62,471 bases of DNA, filler included, from Globobulimina sp. (GCA_003354225.1; 17 parts of 17 records of this genome joined end to end with filler, not necessarily neighbours in it); one strand, 5' to 3'; shown: positions 1-12,575, counted from the first letter of the whole stretch. A program made the numbers and translations. The notes: generated by a model from the letters alone, not told the origin.

Positions 1-939
1 AATAAAATGTTGTATTACCATAAATATGCAAAGTCACTACATCTGATTTATTGTATGAATAATTATTTTTTGTAACTTTAATAGTAACCTTGACCTTAAT
101 CGTTTTAATAGACAGAGGTAATTTTAATAATTGAACTCCTATCTTACATTTGGAATCCTCTATACTTCCTATTGATACTTTTGGTTTTATTGTCATACAA
201 AAGCAATCATTGTTAAAATTTTGCGAGAAAAACACATGCCGTTTATGGTCAGAAGTTATTCTAAAATGCTCCAACAATATTCCATCAATGTTCCATTTAT
301 ATTGACATTGCTTTTGAATAAAAATATAATTTTCATTCTTTTTATTTTCAATGTTGTCATTATTTTTGTGAATGATATGTATAATATCAACAAAACAGAC
401 AAAGTCTAATCTTTTGGGTTCCAATTGTTGCAATGTAGCATTGCGAAGAATTCTATTATGCCAAGCTGTTGACTCACATTTTGATGTAAATTCCACAGAA
501 TTTTTCCATTCCGATTGTGTTTGTAGACATTTTAATTCATAATAAACACTGATTGCTGATATTGCTGGGTCCCATTTGTGCATTTTTAATGAAAATTGTA
601 CATAGCCAATACTAACGCCTTGCGTTGGGTTTCTGCATAACGCACATTCGAATGCTACTTTATTTTGCACAAAAGTTCGGCTTTTGAACTTTTTACCCTT
701 TTTGCTTTGGAAAAATTCCTGCAGAGCTTCACCACAAAATGTCTTAAAATGGAAATAATTGAAAATCAAAAAGAGATGTACGTGTTTTTGTGATGTGTAT
801 GGCATACCCAAATTAACCCATTTTGACAAAATAATTGCAATAAAATAATCACATCATCGGGAATAGCAAATCCTATGTAACGTCTGCTATATTGAGCAAT
901 CAAATATTTCTGTCTTTGTTTTCTTTTGTTTAACTCCAT
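1..939 (-). CDS. Hypothetical eukaryotic protein, 3'-truncated, with intron 743-807; possible MATH-like repeats
   Basis: ATG at 939. Splicing TGG|GTATGC...TTTTAAG|ACA joins ..GLIW to TFCGEALQEFF.., and the frame stays open to the contig edge. The repeat-like segment YKWNIDG..F..F.SQNF...FC is only a weak match. Confidence 0.6.
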
Positions 940-1000
940 TAAATTCACAAAAACGTTTTTAATTTAAATAAAGTTTTTATTTTAACCGAGAATAATAATC

Positions 1001-1927
1001 ATGTTCACTCGGTTCACTCGTCGTGGTCTGAACACGATCCACCTCAATGCATATATTGATAAGAGTATGATGAGTTCATTGCCAACCTCACAATCATTGC
1101 ATAATGAAAACATTCAAAAGGAGTTTAGTATTCAATCGAATAACTTTTTTGACTTCAACAAGAAAGCTTCATTTGATTTAGTTCAACCATTGATTGATAG
1201 CGCAAAGATGGTTCATTCCGCGTTACCCAATCCGCAACAATGCGAAATATTGGATATAGCCTGCGGTCCTGGCTTGATATCATTGGAATGTGCCAAACAA
1301 TTAAGTCCATCCAAAAAGATAATTGGCATTGATATTACAAATGATATGTTGGATATTGCCAGAAAACATGCATTGGACAATGACGTTAAAACTGGATCAT
1401 CAAACGAATGCATCTTGGATTTTACCAATGGAAATGTGGAGGAGTTGCCGTTCGAAGACAATACGTTCGATATTGTGATTACCAGATGGACTTTTCATCA
1501 CTTTGAGGAATTGGAGAAAATATTAAAACAAATCTATAGAGTGTTAAAACCGGAAAACGGTACATTGTTATTTATGGAATTAAATGCGCCAACACACTCC
1601 GTGAAATTGGAAAAGTTGTATAATGCAATTGAAACAATACGTGATCCGACACATATATGGGCATACAATAGATATGGATGGATGGAACAACTAATAAATG
1701 CCGGATTTGAGACAGAAAAAATAAAACTTTATAGTGAGTTTTTAGGCGCACCGAGACATTTCATGCAATGGATCAAACAAACCACTGCTTCAGAAAGAGA
1801 AAGTTTATATGTATTATGTGAGGAATTGTATAATCATAATATTGATATTGGCTTTAATCTCGAGGCAAATGAAGACAATGAATTGCTAATGAAACATTCG
1901 TTCATTATCATCGGAGCAGAAAAATAA
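1001..1927 (+). CDS. Class I SAM-dependent methyltransferase (UbiE/Methyltransf_11-like), possible mitochondrial presequence
   Basis: Motif I ILDIACGPG, IGIDIT..ML, GNVEELPFEDNTFDIV, ILKQIYRVLKPENG. The N-terminus is Arg-rich and lacks acidic residues. Confidence 0.9.
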   Translation: MFTRFTRRGLNTIHLNAYIDKSMMSSLPTSQSLHNENIQKEFSIQSNNFFDFNKKASFDLVQPLIDSAKMVHSALPNPQQCEILDIACGPGLISLECAKQLSPSKKIIGIDITNDMLDIARKHALDNDVKTGSSNECILDFTNGNVEELPFEDNTFDIVITRWTFHHFEELEKILKQIYRVLKPENGTLLFMELNAPTHSVKLEKLYNAIETIRDPTHIWAYNRYGWMEQLINAGFETEKIKLYSEFLGAPRHFMQWIKQTTASERESLYVLCEELYNHNIDIGFNLEANEDNELLMKHSFIIIGAEK

Positions 1928-1967
1928 TTTCGTGTTAGATACTGTGTTAAATAAAGAAAAAGCGCAG

Positions 1968-3530
1968 TTATGGAAGACAATATACACTGTTACCTTGACA
2001 CCAATCCGTTTTAAGTCTATTGGTTCGAGTCAATAACAATATGAAAGGTGTCTCATTGCCACCAATCAAGTCCTTAAACTGTGGTTTAGTTATCCTCCCA
2101 TCCAAACTCTTCAACTTATCGTTGACCACATCAATGGTCGTATTTATCTCATTGATGGAACCAACTTGGTTTGTAATCCACTGTGGTATTCCAGCAAATT
2201 CCGTTTCTGTGATATACGACATTCCAAATGCCTGTTTTTGATGAGTATCATTGCTTGTTTCTATTTCGTCGATAAACATATCATTCACTGTGGACAATTC
2301 CTGTTTCCTTTGCAAAGAAAATGACGACACCGTGATTGGTGTTTGCGTATCAACATTATAATTAATCTTCTTTTTATTTGCTTTGCCATTGTTTATCTGG
2401 TACGGCGTGATCGGATTTGTGCCATTCCTGCTCTTCAACAAATCATTGCTATCCTTATCGTACACATTGCCATGTCCTTTAAACGTATATTTGGGGGATT
2501 GTAAGCAAGGAATTGAGCCCAAACTGTCGTCCAGGTTCGAATTGTTGCTCTCATTGTGCTTATTGCTCCTTTTCCGCATGCCGCTTCTATCAAATTTGTT
2601 GGAGAGAAGCGGTGTTTGCAATATCTGGCCATATTTGCTTGGCAGCACAGAGGTGCTGACACTCGGCGTTATGGCCGATATCGACGACGGATGCGACTCA
2701 CTTGACAGCGACTGCGAATCCACCAAATTGTTCCTATTCAAATCTATATTCATGTTGTGCTCATTCGCTTTGTTTCGCTCGTTGCTGACACCGCTTTTGC
2801 CGCGCAAATTTTTGTAAAACATTTTAAATTTGTCATCCAACGCCGGTGTTTTGGGCGTACTTGGAATGATGGTATGCAGTGACTGTACTTTGTGAGTTAT
2901 ATGCATCGGTGTAACGGTTGAATTTATGGATGAATCTATGCTTAATTTTATTGCGTTGGGCTCCGATTCTTTGTGGGTTTTTGGCGAATTTGAGCATGGA
3001 TTTAACTTAATTTTATTGTGTTTTTCGTTCATATCCGATTGCTGATTTTGTTTCGAATTTATATTAATATCGCTATCCTCGTCGCCGTCCTCCTCGGTGT
3101 CATTTTCGTTGTCGATGTCCATTGAATTATGATTATTCGTTTTGCTGTCTTCATTTTCCTGTGTTATGACATCCATTTGTTGAGCTTTTTGATTTTGATT
3201 TTGATTTTGTTTGTTTTGGGCGTCTTGTTCTTGTGGTGTTAGCGGCAAATTATATTCATAGTTGTTGTTGTTATCCGGTGTATATCCAAATTGTTGCAAT
3301 TGCTTTTCGATGCGATTTGTTTCGATTTTTATCCATTTAATCATTGAATCGAATGATTCCAAAGAATCGTAGACGGACTGTTCGGTGGAGAAGGATTGCT
3401 GCAAACCAATGGATTGGTTATAGGCGGTGTTGTATCCTAAATGTAATTCCGTCCATAGATCACCATCCTGTATCTCGTGGACAGCGGATGGCGTTGTCAA
3501 GTCGCGATTTATTTGGTGGATTTCCTGCAT
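1968..3530 (-). CDS. Ska3-like spindle/kinetochore protein
   Basis: N-terminal coiled coil ending LQQFGY, then a long S/T-P-rich disordered middle. The C-terminal ITETEFAGIPQWI...INEIN..I..VN resembles the Ska1-type microtubule-binding domain. Recognised by eye only. Confidence 0.5.
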   Translation of the reverse strand: MQEIHQINRDLTTPSAVHEIQDGDLWTELHLGYNTAYNQSIGLQQSFSTEQSVYDSLESFDSMIKWIKIETNRIEKQLQQFGYTPDNNNNYEYNLPLTPQEQDAQNKQNQNQNQKAQQMDVITQENEDSKTNNHNSMDIDNENDTEEDGDEDSDININSKQNQQSDMNEKHNKIKLNPCSNSPKTHKESEPNAIKLSIDSSINSTVTPMHITHKVQSLHTIIPSTPKTPALDDKFKMFYKNLRGKSGVSNERNKANEHNMNIDLNRNNLVDSQSLSSESHPSSISAITPSVSTSVLPSKYGQILQTPLLSNKFDRSGMRKRSNKHNESNNSNLDDSLGSIPCLQSPKYTFKGHGNVYDKDSNDLLKSRNGTNPITPYQINNGKANKKKINYNVDTQTPITVSSFSLQRKQELSTVNDMFIDEIETSNDTHQKQAFGMSYITETEFAGIPQWITNQVGSINEINTTIDVVNDKLKSLDGRITKPQFKDLIGGNETPFILLLTRTNRLKTDWCQGNSVYCLP

Positions 3531-3587
3531 GGCTTTTTTGGCAATTTTTTTAAGCGTTGTAAAGAATTCTGCTCCTGGAAATACACC

Positions 3588-3687
3588 NNNNNNNNNNNNN
3601 NNNNNNNNNNNNNNNNNNNNNNNNNNNNNNNTTAATTAATTAANNNNNNNNNNNNNNNNNNNNNNNNNNNNNNNNNNNNNNNNNNNN
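3588..3687. other. Artificial contig linker N44-TTAATTAATTAA-N44 (first of 16; the others start at 7274, 10959, 14643, 18326, 22009, 25691, 29373, 33055, 36736, 40416, 44095, 47771, 51447, 55123, 58798)
   Basis: An identical 100-nt spacer with stops in all six frames recurs every ~3.68 kb, and the flanking contig lengths decrease monotonically. Confidence 0.99.
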
Positions 3688-5295
3688 AGATCCAGAATGG
3701 AGTATGGAATAACACATTATTATCCATATGATTCTACAAAATCACTCAAGAAAACACAAAATAAATTCCTCCGATTGGCAGTACCGTGCCGACTAGACTC
3801 GCCTATGGATATTATGCAGAATATCCTAAAAATCGAACCCATTCAATGCAGAGCCCATTACCTAACAATGCGCCAATATGCAAGGGCTTACTACAATGAC
3901 GACTACCATCCACTAAATAAAACCTATAAATCACTTACAAAATATATGAATATAATCAATAACCACAAGTACCGACGCAATAAAAATAATAAAAATAATA
4001 AAAATCCAAGTAATAAATATACCAATATTCAGAAAAATCCCCTAATAATTGCTGCAAATTACAACCAAAATAATAACACAATCAAAGCATTATCAACGCA
4101 ATTCACCAAAATGAATAAACAACAAATAACAGCATCTCCAACATATAACCTCCAAACACTCCCAACAAACTACTCAGTACAGCAGGAAACTGCAAATCCA
4201 ACAACCCCAACCTCTGAAGCAATAACAATAGCATTCACAGACGGCTCTTGCGACCCAAATCCTGGCAAAGGTGGCTCAGCAGCATATATCCCAAAGCAAC
4301 CTGCTCACCCAATCCCATTTAAAAAAGTATACTATTTCAAGATACCAGTAACCATAACCACTGCAGAGATAGAAGCAATCCATATAATCCTTAATTATAT
4401 CATTGAAAACTATAACCACCATCCAATGCATTATAAAATATATGTAGATAACCTGCCGGTTTTACAATTCATTGATGGCTCCAATTACCCGAAATACCAT
4501 GAAACTAAATTATTAATTGAGAATATCTTCATTAAACTAATACAAATACAAAATATCGCTCCAAATACCACCATCACATTCATCAAAATAAAATCACATA
4601 ATAATAATGAGTTTAATGATGAAGTGGATAAACTCGCCAACTTTGCAGCACAGCATGCAAACTACGACGAAAACCTATATAATGAAATTTCGTACAACAC
4701 AACAGTCACTCAACTACACAATCAAACAGCATACCAATGGGAACAAACCTGGACAAATAGAAACACGCAGCCAAGCCAGGATAGCTACAAAATGTATATA
4801 AATAACCCGACACTAAATAATAAGATTAATAAAATAATAAAATATATGAACAGAGATGAAGCCGCAATTATAAACAGACTCATTTCAGGACATATTGAAC
4901 TGAACAAATTCCTATATAAACACAAATACATTGACACAGATAAAACCATAATAACATCGCCACATTGCACAAAATGCCAAATGAATTCAATCGAATCGAT
5001 CCACAACTTCCTACTCGTATGCCCTACATATATTAATCAGAGAAATAGAATGAAAGTATCACTCTGCAAAGCGTGGAAAGGATTTAGATATCACAATGGA
5101 TTAAATATAGAGAACCTATTTTATCCATACAACATCCGAAGACCTCCAGACATTGAAAAAGAACTAAGCCTTGAAACGCAAGTGGAAATATGGAAAACTG
5201 TACTTCAGTACGTCAAGGAATCCAAAAGATTCAATTACCTGTACCAAGTAAACCTACAGAACTTATGTCCGATCATTCCAGATCAAGGAAACTAA
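3688..5295 (+). mobile_element. 3' part of a non-LTR retrotransposon ORF2: RNase H plus C-terminal cysteine-rich (CCHC-like) domain, 5'-truncated by the contig edge
   Basis: RNase H motifs AFTDGSCDPNPGKGG, TAEIEAI, IYVDN, KIKSH...NDEVDKLA. Also RLISGHIELNKFLY and CTKC....ESIHNFLLVC. The strand is strongly A/C-biased. Confidence 0.85.
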
Positions 5296-5594
5296 TGTAC
5301 TTTGTACATGTTTCTTTAAAATATATTATATTTTTACCTTTGTTCATTGGTCTCATCCCCAAATAAAAGGACTTGTATTCTTGTTTGTTTGTACTATTTA
5401 ATAGTGTATCTTACTTGTGTATGGGTGAAATCTTTAATTGATTTCTTGAAGTTTTGAAGAAAAAAAAAAATATAACTTTAGATTCTTGCTTCACATCGGA
5501 GTTGCGACGGACATTGTTTTTTTTTAATTTAATATACACGTTAATTTTTTGAAAACAAAAAAAAAAGAAAAAAAAAGCTATGTAAATTGAAATG

Positions 5595-7273
5595 TCATAA
5601 ATCATTTTCATTTGGTGGCGGCGTCACCGACTTTTGCAAACTAATATGGTCCACCGCAGTGTTGGACTGATCGTCATCTCTCTCTTCCCGCGGATTGTCA
5701 ATAAACGACGGTGGCTGCGTCCGAGGCATGGAATAATCCGCGGGCAGATTTTGCGTAATATTCAAATGTATTTTATTCCCATTTTCCTGTGTTTCCTCCT
5801 CCGGCGTCGCATTTGTATCCACATTCACATATTCCATGTCAAATGGCGCTGTTTGTTTATTCTTTGTGCTCTCATTCTGATTCCGCATTAATTCCAATTG
5901 CGGATCATCCGATTTCTGCTCTTTTATAATGGGCCGATTCAAATTATTATTTCGCCTCTGTTTCGGGCCAAACACTGGCCGCAAAAACCTGCGATCCAAG
6001 CGATTGAACCAATGGTTGGAGATGTCATAGGTGTCAGTCTTCGTATTCTTGGTACTGTCCATGATCGGCGGACGCAGGAACTTCAAGAACGGATAAGCCA
6101 AACCGCCCAACATCAACGTCGTAAACGCCACAATGAACACCGTCGTCGTTATAATTATATTCGACGCATTGCTCGAACCGTCCTCCGGTGTGGCCACCGC
6201 CAAAGCGTACGCCACCGGGCCGCGTAAGCCCGAGTACCATAAAACAATCTGATGCTTCATCGGCAACTTATGTTTGCGGCCCATATTCAACAAAAACGCC
6301 AACGGAAACACAGAGATGGCGCGCGCACAGAAACAGAGCACCAACGTCATGACGACATAGCCGCCTTTGAACTGATGCCCCTGTTCCAAGAAAAAGGACA
6401 TTCCCAAATAAATAAACACGAACAACTCTGAAATGTAAGCAAAGGTGGACACGACATGGCGCGTCGTGGCCTGCGACTTGATGGATAAATGGTGATACGT
6501 ATAATAATCGGTCATGATGCCGGCAAACAGCACACTGCAAATACCGGACAGTCCCAAGGCTTCGGCAATGCCATACGGCAAAAAGGCGCCTAATAAAAAC
6601 GCCGCCAATTCGATTTCAAAGCTTTTTTTCAAATTCATTCTGCTGAATTTGTGCAACAACGCCACGAACAAAGCGATGGCGGTGCCGATGAGCATGGAGG
6701 CGATGGCGATGCCGGCAATCTGCGGGATGGCCGGGGCCAAAGCTTGCGACGTGGTTTTGCCGCCGCCGTCGATCGACACGAACACGCGGTTAATGACTAC
6801 GGAGGCGGCGTCGTTTAGGACTGCCTCGCCGAATAATAACACTTTTAACTGCTCGTCGACGGCCAAGGACTTCAACACTAATATGACAGCCACGGGGTCT
6901 ACGGCCGAGATTAGCGAGCCTAACATCATGTTTTTGGTGAAGGAGAGCGGCTCGATGACGCCCAACGAGCCGAAGGCGGTGAGAAAGGCGCCGATGAAGA
7001 AGGCGGACAAAGTGGTTCCGACGAAGGCGAAGGCCATTATGCTGCCGAAGTTGTGGAAGAAGAAATCTTTGGAGAGGTTGTAGCCGCTGCTGAAGATGAT
7101 CGGTGGTAGCAAGTAAATGAAGAAGAATTCGGGACTGAACGAAAACGCGTCTTCTAAGGTGCCAGTCAGGGATAAGATCAAACCGACAAGGAAGCCCAAG
7201 ATCAAATTGGCCGAAGCCTGCGGGAAATATCGCTCGATTTTTTGGAAGGTGGAGGTCGATTCGTAGCAGTAAC
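5595..7273 (-). CDS. Na+/H+ exchanger (CPA1, NHE8-like), 5'-truncated
   Basis: FSPEFFFIYLLPPIIFSSGY, GSLISAVDPVAV, LFGEAVLNDA, WYSGLRGPVAYALA; many TM helices. Confidence 0.95.
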
Positions 7274-7373
7274 NNNNNNNNNNNNNNNNNNNNNNNNNNN
7301 NNNNNNNNNNNNNNNNNTTAATTAATTAANNNNNNNNNNNNNNNNNNNNNNNNNNNNNNNNNNNNNNNNNNNN

Positions 7374-8009
7374 TTAACACCATATCAAAAGCATCCGCAC
7401 TAAAAAATATCACCATGAATGATCCAGCCACAGCGCCAACAGACACGATCCTATTAACCCAGGTTCCAACACCAAGCCAAAATAATGAAATCCATTCTGG
7501 TGGCTGCGAATATATATCAATAATCTGCGGGACCCGTCCTTTAATACAAATATCTGTAATGCCACCACCATACATTCCTTTTTCATGCATAAATACTTCC
7601 ATTGATATATAACCGGCCACTGAACTTAATGCAAATGCTAAAAGTTTAAGCTCTGTTGGTGAATCATTGCAGCTTTCTTTATCATCGACGCCATCTTCAA
7701 TGACTTGATTTAAAATCACAATTATGCCAATCATCTGTGCGAGAATACACATTGTAACTTCATGCGTCAGTCTCCATATTTCAGGACTTGCTGGACCGAC
7801 ATCTTTCCATTTATAAGCAAGATATTGATAAATATCAATATTTTCACCCGAACTACAAAATCGATATAGTTATCTCCTGGTCGTCCCGAATCGTCACTAC
7901 TTTTGGCACGTATTACCTTTGTTTTCTCTGAATCATCTTCATCTTCGTCTGTTTTTTGGTCCAACTCCAACGCCACGTCTGACACTTTTAGTTTTGTGTA
8001 CTCTGACAT
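7374..8009 (-). CDS. Hypothetical membrane protein with intron, 3'-truncated
   Basis: ATG 8009 opens an acidic N-terminus. The ORF 7318-7752 frame extends upstream (DVGPASPEIWRLTHEVTM) to a likely acceptor near 7803. About three hydrophobic segments. Confidence 0.5.
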
Positions 8010-8078
8010 TGAAAAGATTTTACTTAGTGGATGGTTCATGCATTTCCAAGCACTACAAAACAGAAAACTGAACTCATA

Positions 8079-10304
8079 ATGGCGGATGCAAGCGTACCTT
8101 TGGAGAAGAAAACTAAAGAACAAGATCCCGCATATCATGCCGTTTTGCAAGATTTTAAAAAATATTGTGAAACGACAATAGCTAATTACCAGGAAGAGGA
8201 AAATAAAGATTTAAATGACGGCTTATATAATGTACTGCGACCGAAATATAATTTAAATACAAATGGAGCAAACACAGCTACTTTAGGCAACGAGTTAACA
8301 TTATTATGCTCAGAATTAGCACTATGGATCTACACTCCAAATGACACAGCCATTCCTAAACCTGTTGCATTTAAATATGGTGTCGATGATGGTTTCTTCA
8401 ATTGGAATTATAAAAAAATCGTAGAAACAAAACAAACACAAATATCACAATGGGCTTTCTTACAATTTTCAGGAGAACCAAAAAATGCATATCTCGTATT
8501 TAAAGGGACTGATCCTGATAAAATATTCGGTTTGTTACTCTCATAAATATATATTGACTGTAAACCACATAATGAAAACTGCACAGACATCATGGCAGAT
8601 ACTGCAGTAATTCCAATGCCTATTTGGTGCAGAGAGGATGCACAAAATACAAACAGCAAAATGGAAAAAAAACAAAAACAACGCTTATCGCAAGAATTGA
8701 GTCGCTCCGATTTGAAGCATATAGTAAATGATGAGGAGCATATTGACGCTGATGATCATGAATGGCAATTCTGTGGACATTCTGGCATTTATGCTACTTT
8801 AATGCGCGATTTCCATCGTATTTGGAAGATGATAAATTGTCGAATTGCTACGTTTGATAATTTATATGTGGTCGGCCACAGTTTAGGCGGTGGCTTAGCT
8901 GTATTGTTTGGCTTAGAATCCATTATAAACAAATTCATCCCTTCCAATAAAGCAATCAATATAATAACGTTCGGCAGTCCTTCCGTGATATCGTATGAGA
9001 ATGATTTTAATTCGCTATCCCGCCATGCAAAGAAAATATTGTATGAATTGCATAATATATGCCACTGTTTTGTGAACAGATTCGACCCCGTTCCAAGAGT
9101 GCCCGCTATCGAATGGATGACAACTGTCATACCATATGCTTTGAAGAAGATTGTGGCGCAACAATTTAAACAAAAAATGAATTTGCCGGCTTTTTTAGTG
9201 CCTTTGCTGAAATTTGGAGTAAAATCAGGCGTTTCGAAATTTGTGCAATATGTGGAGAAATATTTAGATTTGCTACGCTCATATCATCCATTTGGAACTT
9301 ATTATTTTTATGCAGGGAAACATTGCGATGTTCCATTTGTGACCAAAAACCAAACTGTGATTGAACAGTTGCTTGGATTTATTCCGCCGCATAAGATTGT
9401 CACCTCTGACGGTCAAGAACTGAGAGTCTGCCATTATTCCACCAAAATGAATGCGCATAGGTTTTGCTTGTCCGATGTTACTGAGTTAACGTCGGGTGAT
9501 GTTGAGGTGAAACTGAATATTGCTGATTTATGGACGGAAGGAAGAAACAAAGTGAATGCGGAAGGTGTCGTATATGATAATGCCGCACTTTATGTGTCGG
9601 TGGAGAGTGATAATGAAGCGGTGAGAGAGGAGTATAAAGCAAAGAAATTGTCAGAAGAAGGATGGGTTATGTTGGTAAGCAATCATTTGATGGAGCAATA
9701 TATTGATATTTTTAAAGTGAATATGCAACATAAAAAATCAAAATATCCCCTGTTAGCACCAAACAATGTGGCAGATAATAATCATTTTGGTGTTGCAGAC
9801 CATGTTGAAAATAAAAGTAAAGAGAAAGAGTTAACAGCTGCAATGTATACAACTGCGAGTTTATTGAAATCGACAAGTAAAAAATTGTGGAGTCGGGCTA
9901 AGGATAAATATCAGAAAGAAATGGATCAATATCAAAGGAAAGGAAAGGAGATTGAGACAGGAAAAGGTATAGATACTAATAATAAGAATATATCAGAAAC
10001 AAATGTGGTTAATCCAACTGCTCAAATACTGCATCAACCGCAGTATGAATATTATCAATCGCAACCACAATATGTTGCTGCACCATATAGTTATAATTAT
10101 GCAAAAGCTCCACAACCAGGACTGCAACGACAAACTGTCTATGTTCAACAACCTACAAATTTAGCAAATGGTCAACAAATAGGAAATACACAGTATAGAA
10201 TTGCTCAACATCCTACACATTATGTGGTATATCCACAGCGGACACAACCTCACCAACCGCAACCAAATCAACAAAGTCTTTACCCATCTTTAGCAAAAAA
10301 GTAA
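8079..10304 (+). CDS. Class 3 lipase, intron 8530-8586
   Basis: YLVFKGTD, CGHSG, VVGHSLGGGLA nucleophile elbow, ITFGSP, FVNRFDPVPRVP, late NHLMEQY. The splice TTCG|GT..CACAG|AC restores the frame. Confidence 0.9.
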
Positions 10305-10463
10305 TGTATTTTGTTGTTATAATTAGTAATTTAATTAGTTTTGCAAAACCTCCACTTTGAGTAACAATATTGTAGTACGCGTAACATTATGCGATAAGCG
10401 GCGATGTAGATAATCATAATTGTAATTTTACAGATTTAGATAATCATTAATTCGAGCTCAGTT

Positions 10464-10829
10464 ATGTTGTTGTGTTTATTTGTAATGATGGTGGTGTGCT
10501 CTTTTGCATTGCAATTGAGTCTAACTTCATCAGCAAGAAAGTCTGACGAAACAGTTTGTATACTGACGAGAGATAAAATATGTTTAATGACGGATAAACC
10601 ATTGACAGCGGTATATATTCCAACGCCTTATGGGAAACGTTTCAATTCTTTAGCTGCAGTATTTAGTCAAAATTCATATGTTGTACTTTCTCAAGACGTT
10701 CGTGGTAGACATGATTCCACTGGAAATTATTCTTTTTTTCGAACCGCAGCAAATGATTCATTCGACACAAACGAAAAAAAAGTATTAAAAAATGTAAAAC
10801 GAAACAAAAAAGTCGAAGATAAGATTTAA
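10464..10829 (+). pseudogene. Truncated CocE/NonD (peptidase S15) family hydrolase fragment
   Basis: Signal peptide, ILTRDKICLMTD, PTPYGK and YVVLSQDVRGRHDSTG match the family N-terminus. The ORF ends before the catalytic GxSY motif. Confidence 0.55.
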
Positions 10830-11058
10830 TTTAATTTAATTTATTGTGGTGTAATAAGTAAGCAATTCTTTGAAGCAATTCCCCGTTTTGGATGATGATA
10901 TGTTGAATGATGTAAATTCCATCCATTTTGTTGAAATATTAATTGATTATTTCTTATANNNNNNNNNNNNNNNNNNNNNNNNNNNNNNNNNNNNNNNNNN
11001 NNTTAATTAATTAANNNNNNNNNNNNNNNNNNNNNNNNNNNNNNNNNNNNNNNNNNNN

Positions 11059-12022
11059 GCTCATTTATAACAGCTTCATCACACTCATCCTCATCTGTAT
11101 CCTCCTCCGAATCATCAGAATCATCCTCATCAATCAAATCCGGTCCGGATTGCTTTGGTATTAACCAAAAATCCACCTGTTATTATATATTATATATTAT
11201 GTATTGTATCATATCAATAACGGATCGATGTATTATAACTTGAAATGGAGTCAGTGGCGCTGTTTCTAACTCTGATGACGACACCAGACTCTGTATGAAC
11301 ATAATACAGGATTTGCCATAATGATAAAAATCATGTAAGTCATCGTCGATTTTGATTAATGGATTAAATTGTGTTTCCGGTAAACCTCTGGCATGAAAAA
11401 CATTCGGTGCCATAGCAAAAGTATGCACAGTTTTGCTGAATTTTAGTTCTTTTAATAATTTGTATTCTAGTTTAAAATCATCAAAATTTTTAATATGACC
11501 GTTGATTTTCATTCGGCTGTAGGTGTCGGCTAAGTTTTGCATTAATGGCATGTCCAAGAAACGACCCAATGTTAATATTTGATAAAATGTTTTATCCGCT
11601 GATTTGCTCAATAATTGCCGTGCTTGCTTGGTATATAATTTCTTGATTAATTGTAAATCATTATCTTTGATTTTGGATACATCCGTATTTATTATTTCGT
11701 CATATCTGTATTTTGAATTCGTGTATGCTTTGAGTTCGCTGTCTATGTTTGATGGGTTTTCTTTTATTTTTAACGCATATTGGATGTCTATAAACAGTTT
11801 TTTTCTGTCTTCGATATCTGCGAATAAAGATATAAATGCATCATCATCGATTAATGCGCATTCCTCAAATGTGCCATTAAAATCTTCGATTAAATCATCC
11901 AGGTCTTTGAATTCATTCTCATCACAAACGAAGGTCAGTGTGGTGGCTTGCTCTGAGGTGTATTTCGCTATTGTGACGAGATAATGCTGTGCTTTTGACA
12001 AAGCTTCATCAATCGAAGACAT
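11059..12022 (-). CDS. Hypothetical protein with intron, 3'-truncated
   Basis: 279-aa ORF. A likely intron near 11178-11238 continues into VDFWLIPKQSGPD and an acidic tract. Confidence 0.55.
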
Positions 12023-12091
12023 TTTTGGAATTTTAAGATGTTTTCACACAAAAACCTTTAAGATGTTTTCAGAGATTCATATTAATAAATA

Positions 12092-12478
12092 ATGGCAAAT
12101 TCATTACCACCTAAAATAGAGAATGAAATTAATACAAAAATCCAACCACATCTGTCTGAGGATGAAGCACACCAATTGTTGAAGGAATTGCATAAGGAAG
12201 AAATCACTTTGAAAAAATTGATTTATGAATTTACCAAATAATTGGAAAAAACTGGATTGGAGGAACAAATGTTAAGGAATTTAATTCAACAAAAAAATCA
12301 ATCATTAAATAATCAACAAAGTCAAAACAGAAATCATAATTGCAAACATGAGCAAGACGATGAGGATGATGAAGACGAAGATATTGACATAAATAATAAT
12401 GATAAAAATGATAGAATGGAGGTGGATGGAGATCAGTTACTGGTGGATCTATTCAAGGATGTTTTACATGATGCATAA
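12092..12478 (+). pseudogene. SNAPC5-like small coiled-coil protein interrupted by in-frame TAA (12239-12241)
   Basis: LKELHKEEITLKKLIYEFTK*LEKTGLEEQMLRNLI aligns by eye with recalled SNAPC5 LQELRKEEETLLRLKAALHDQLNRLKVEELALQSMI; acidic tail. Confidence 0.5.
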
Positions 12479-12575
12479 ACGAGTCATATTCTTCCATTTT
12501 TTTAAAAAGGTGCAAGGATATAAAAAATTTACAAAGTGTTTTCAACGTAAACAGCTAATTTCAATTTTTATATAA

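Noticed and set aside
3697-5295. RNase H ORF as a partner of the retron RT
   Set aside because: It is on a different contig and has eukaryotic non-LTR retrotransposon features.
6034-7083. Long antisense/alternative-frame ORFs over NHE (and similar ones over RasGEF, kinesin and 27633-28802)
   Set aside because: They are shadows of GC-richer coding sequence on the opposite strand or in another frame.
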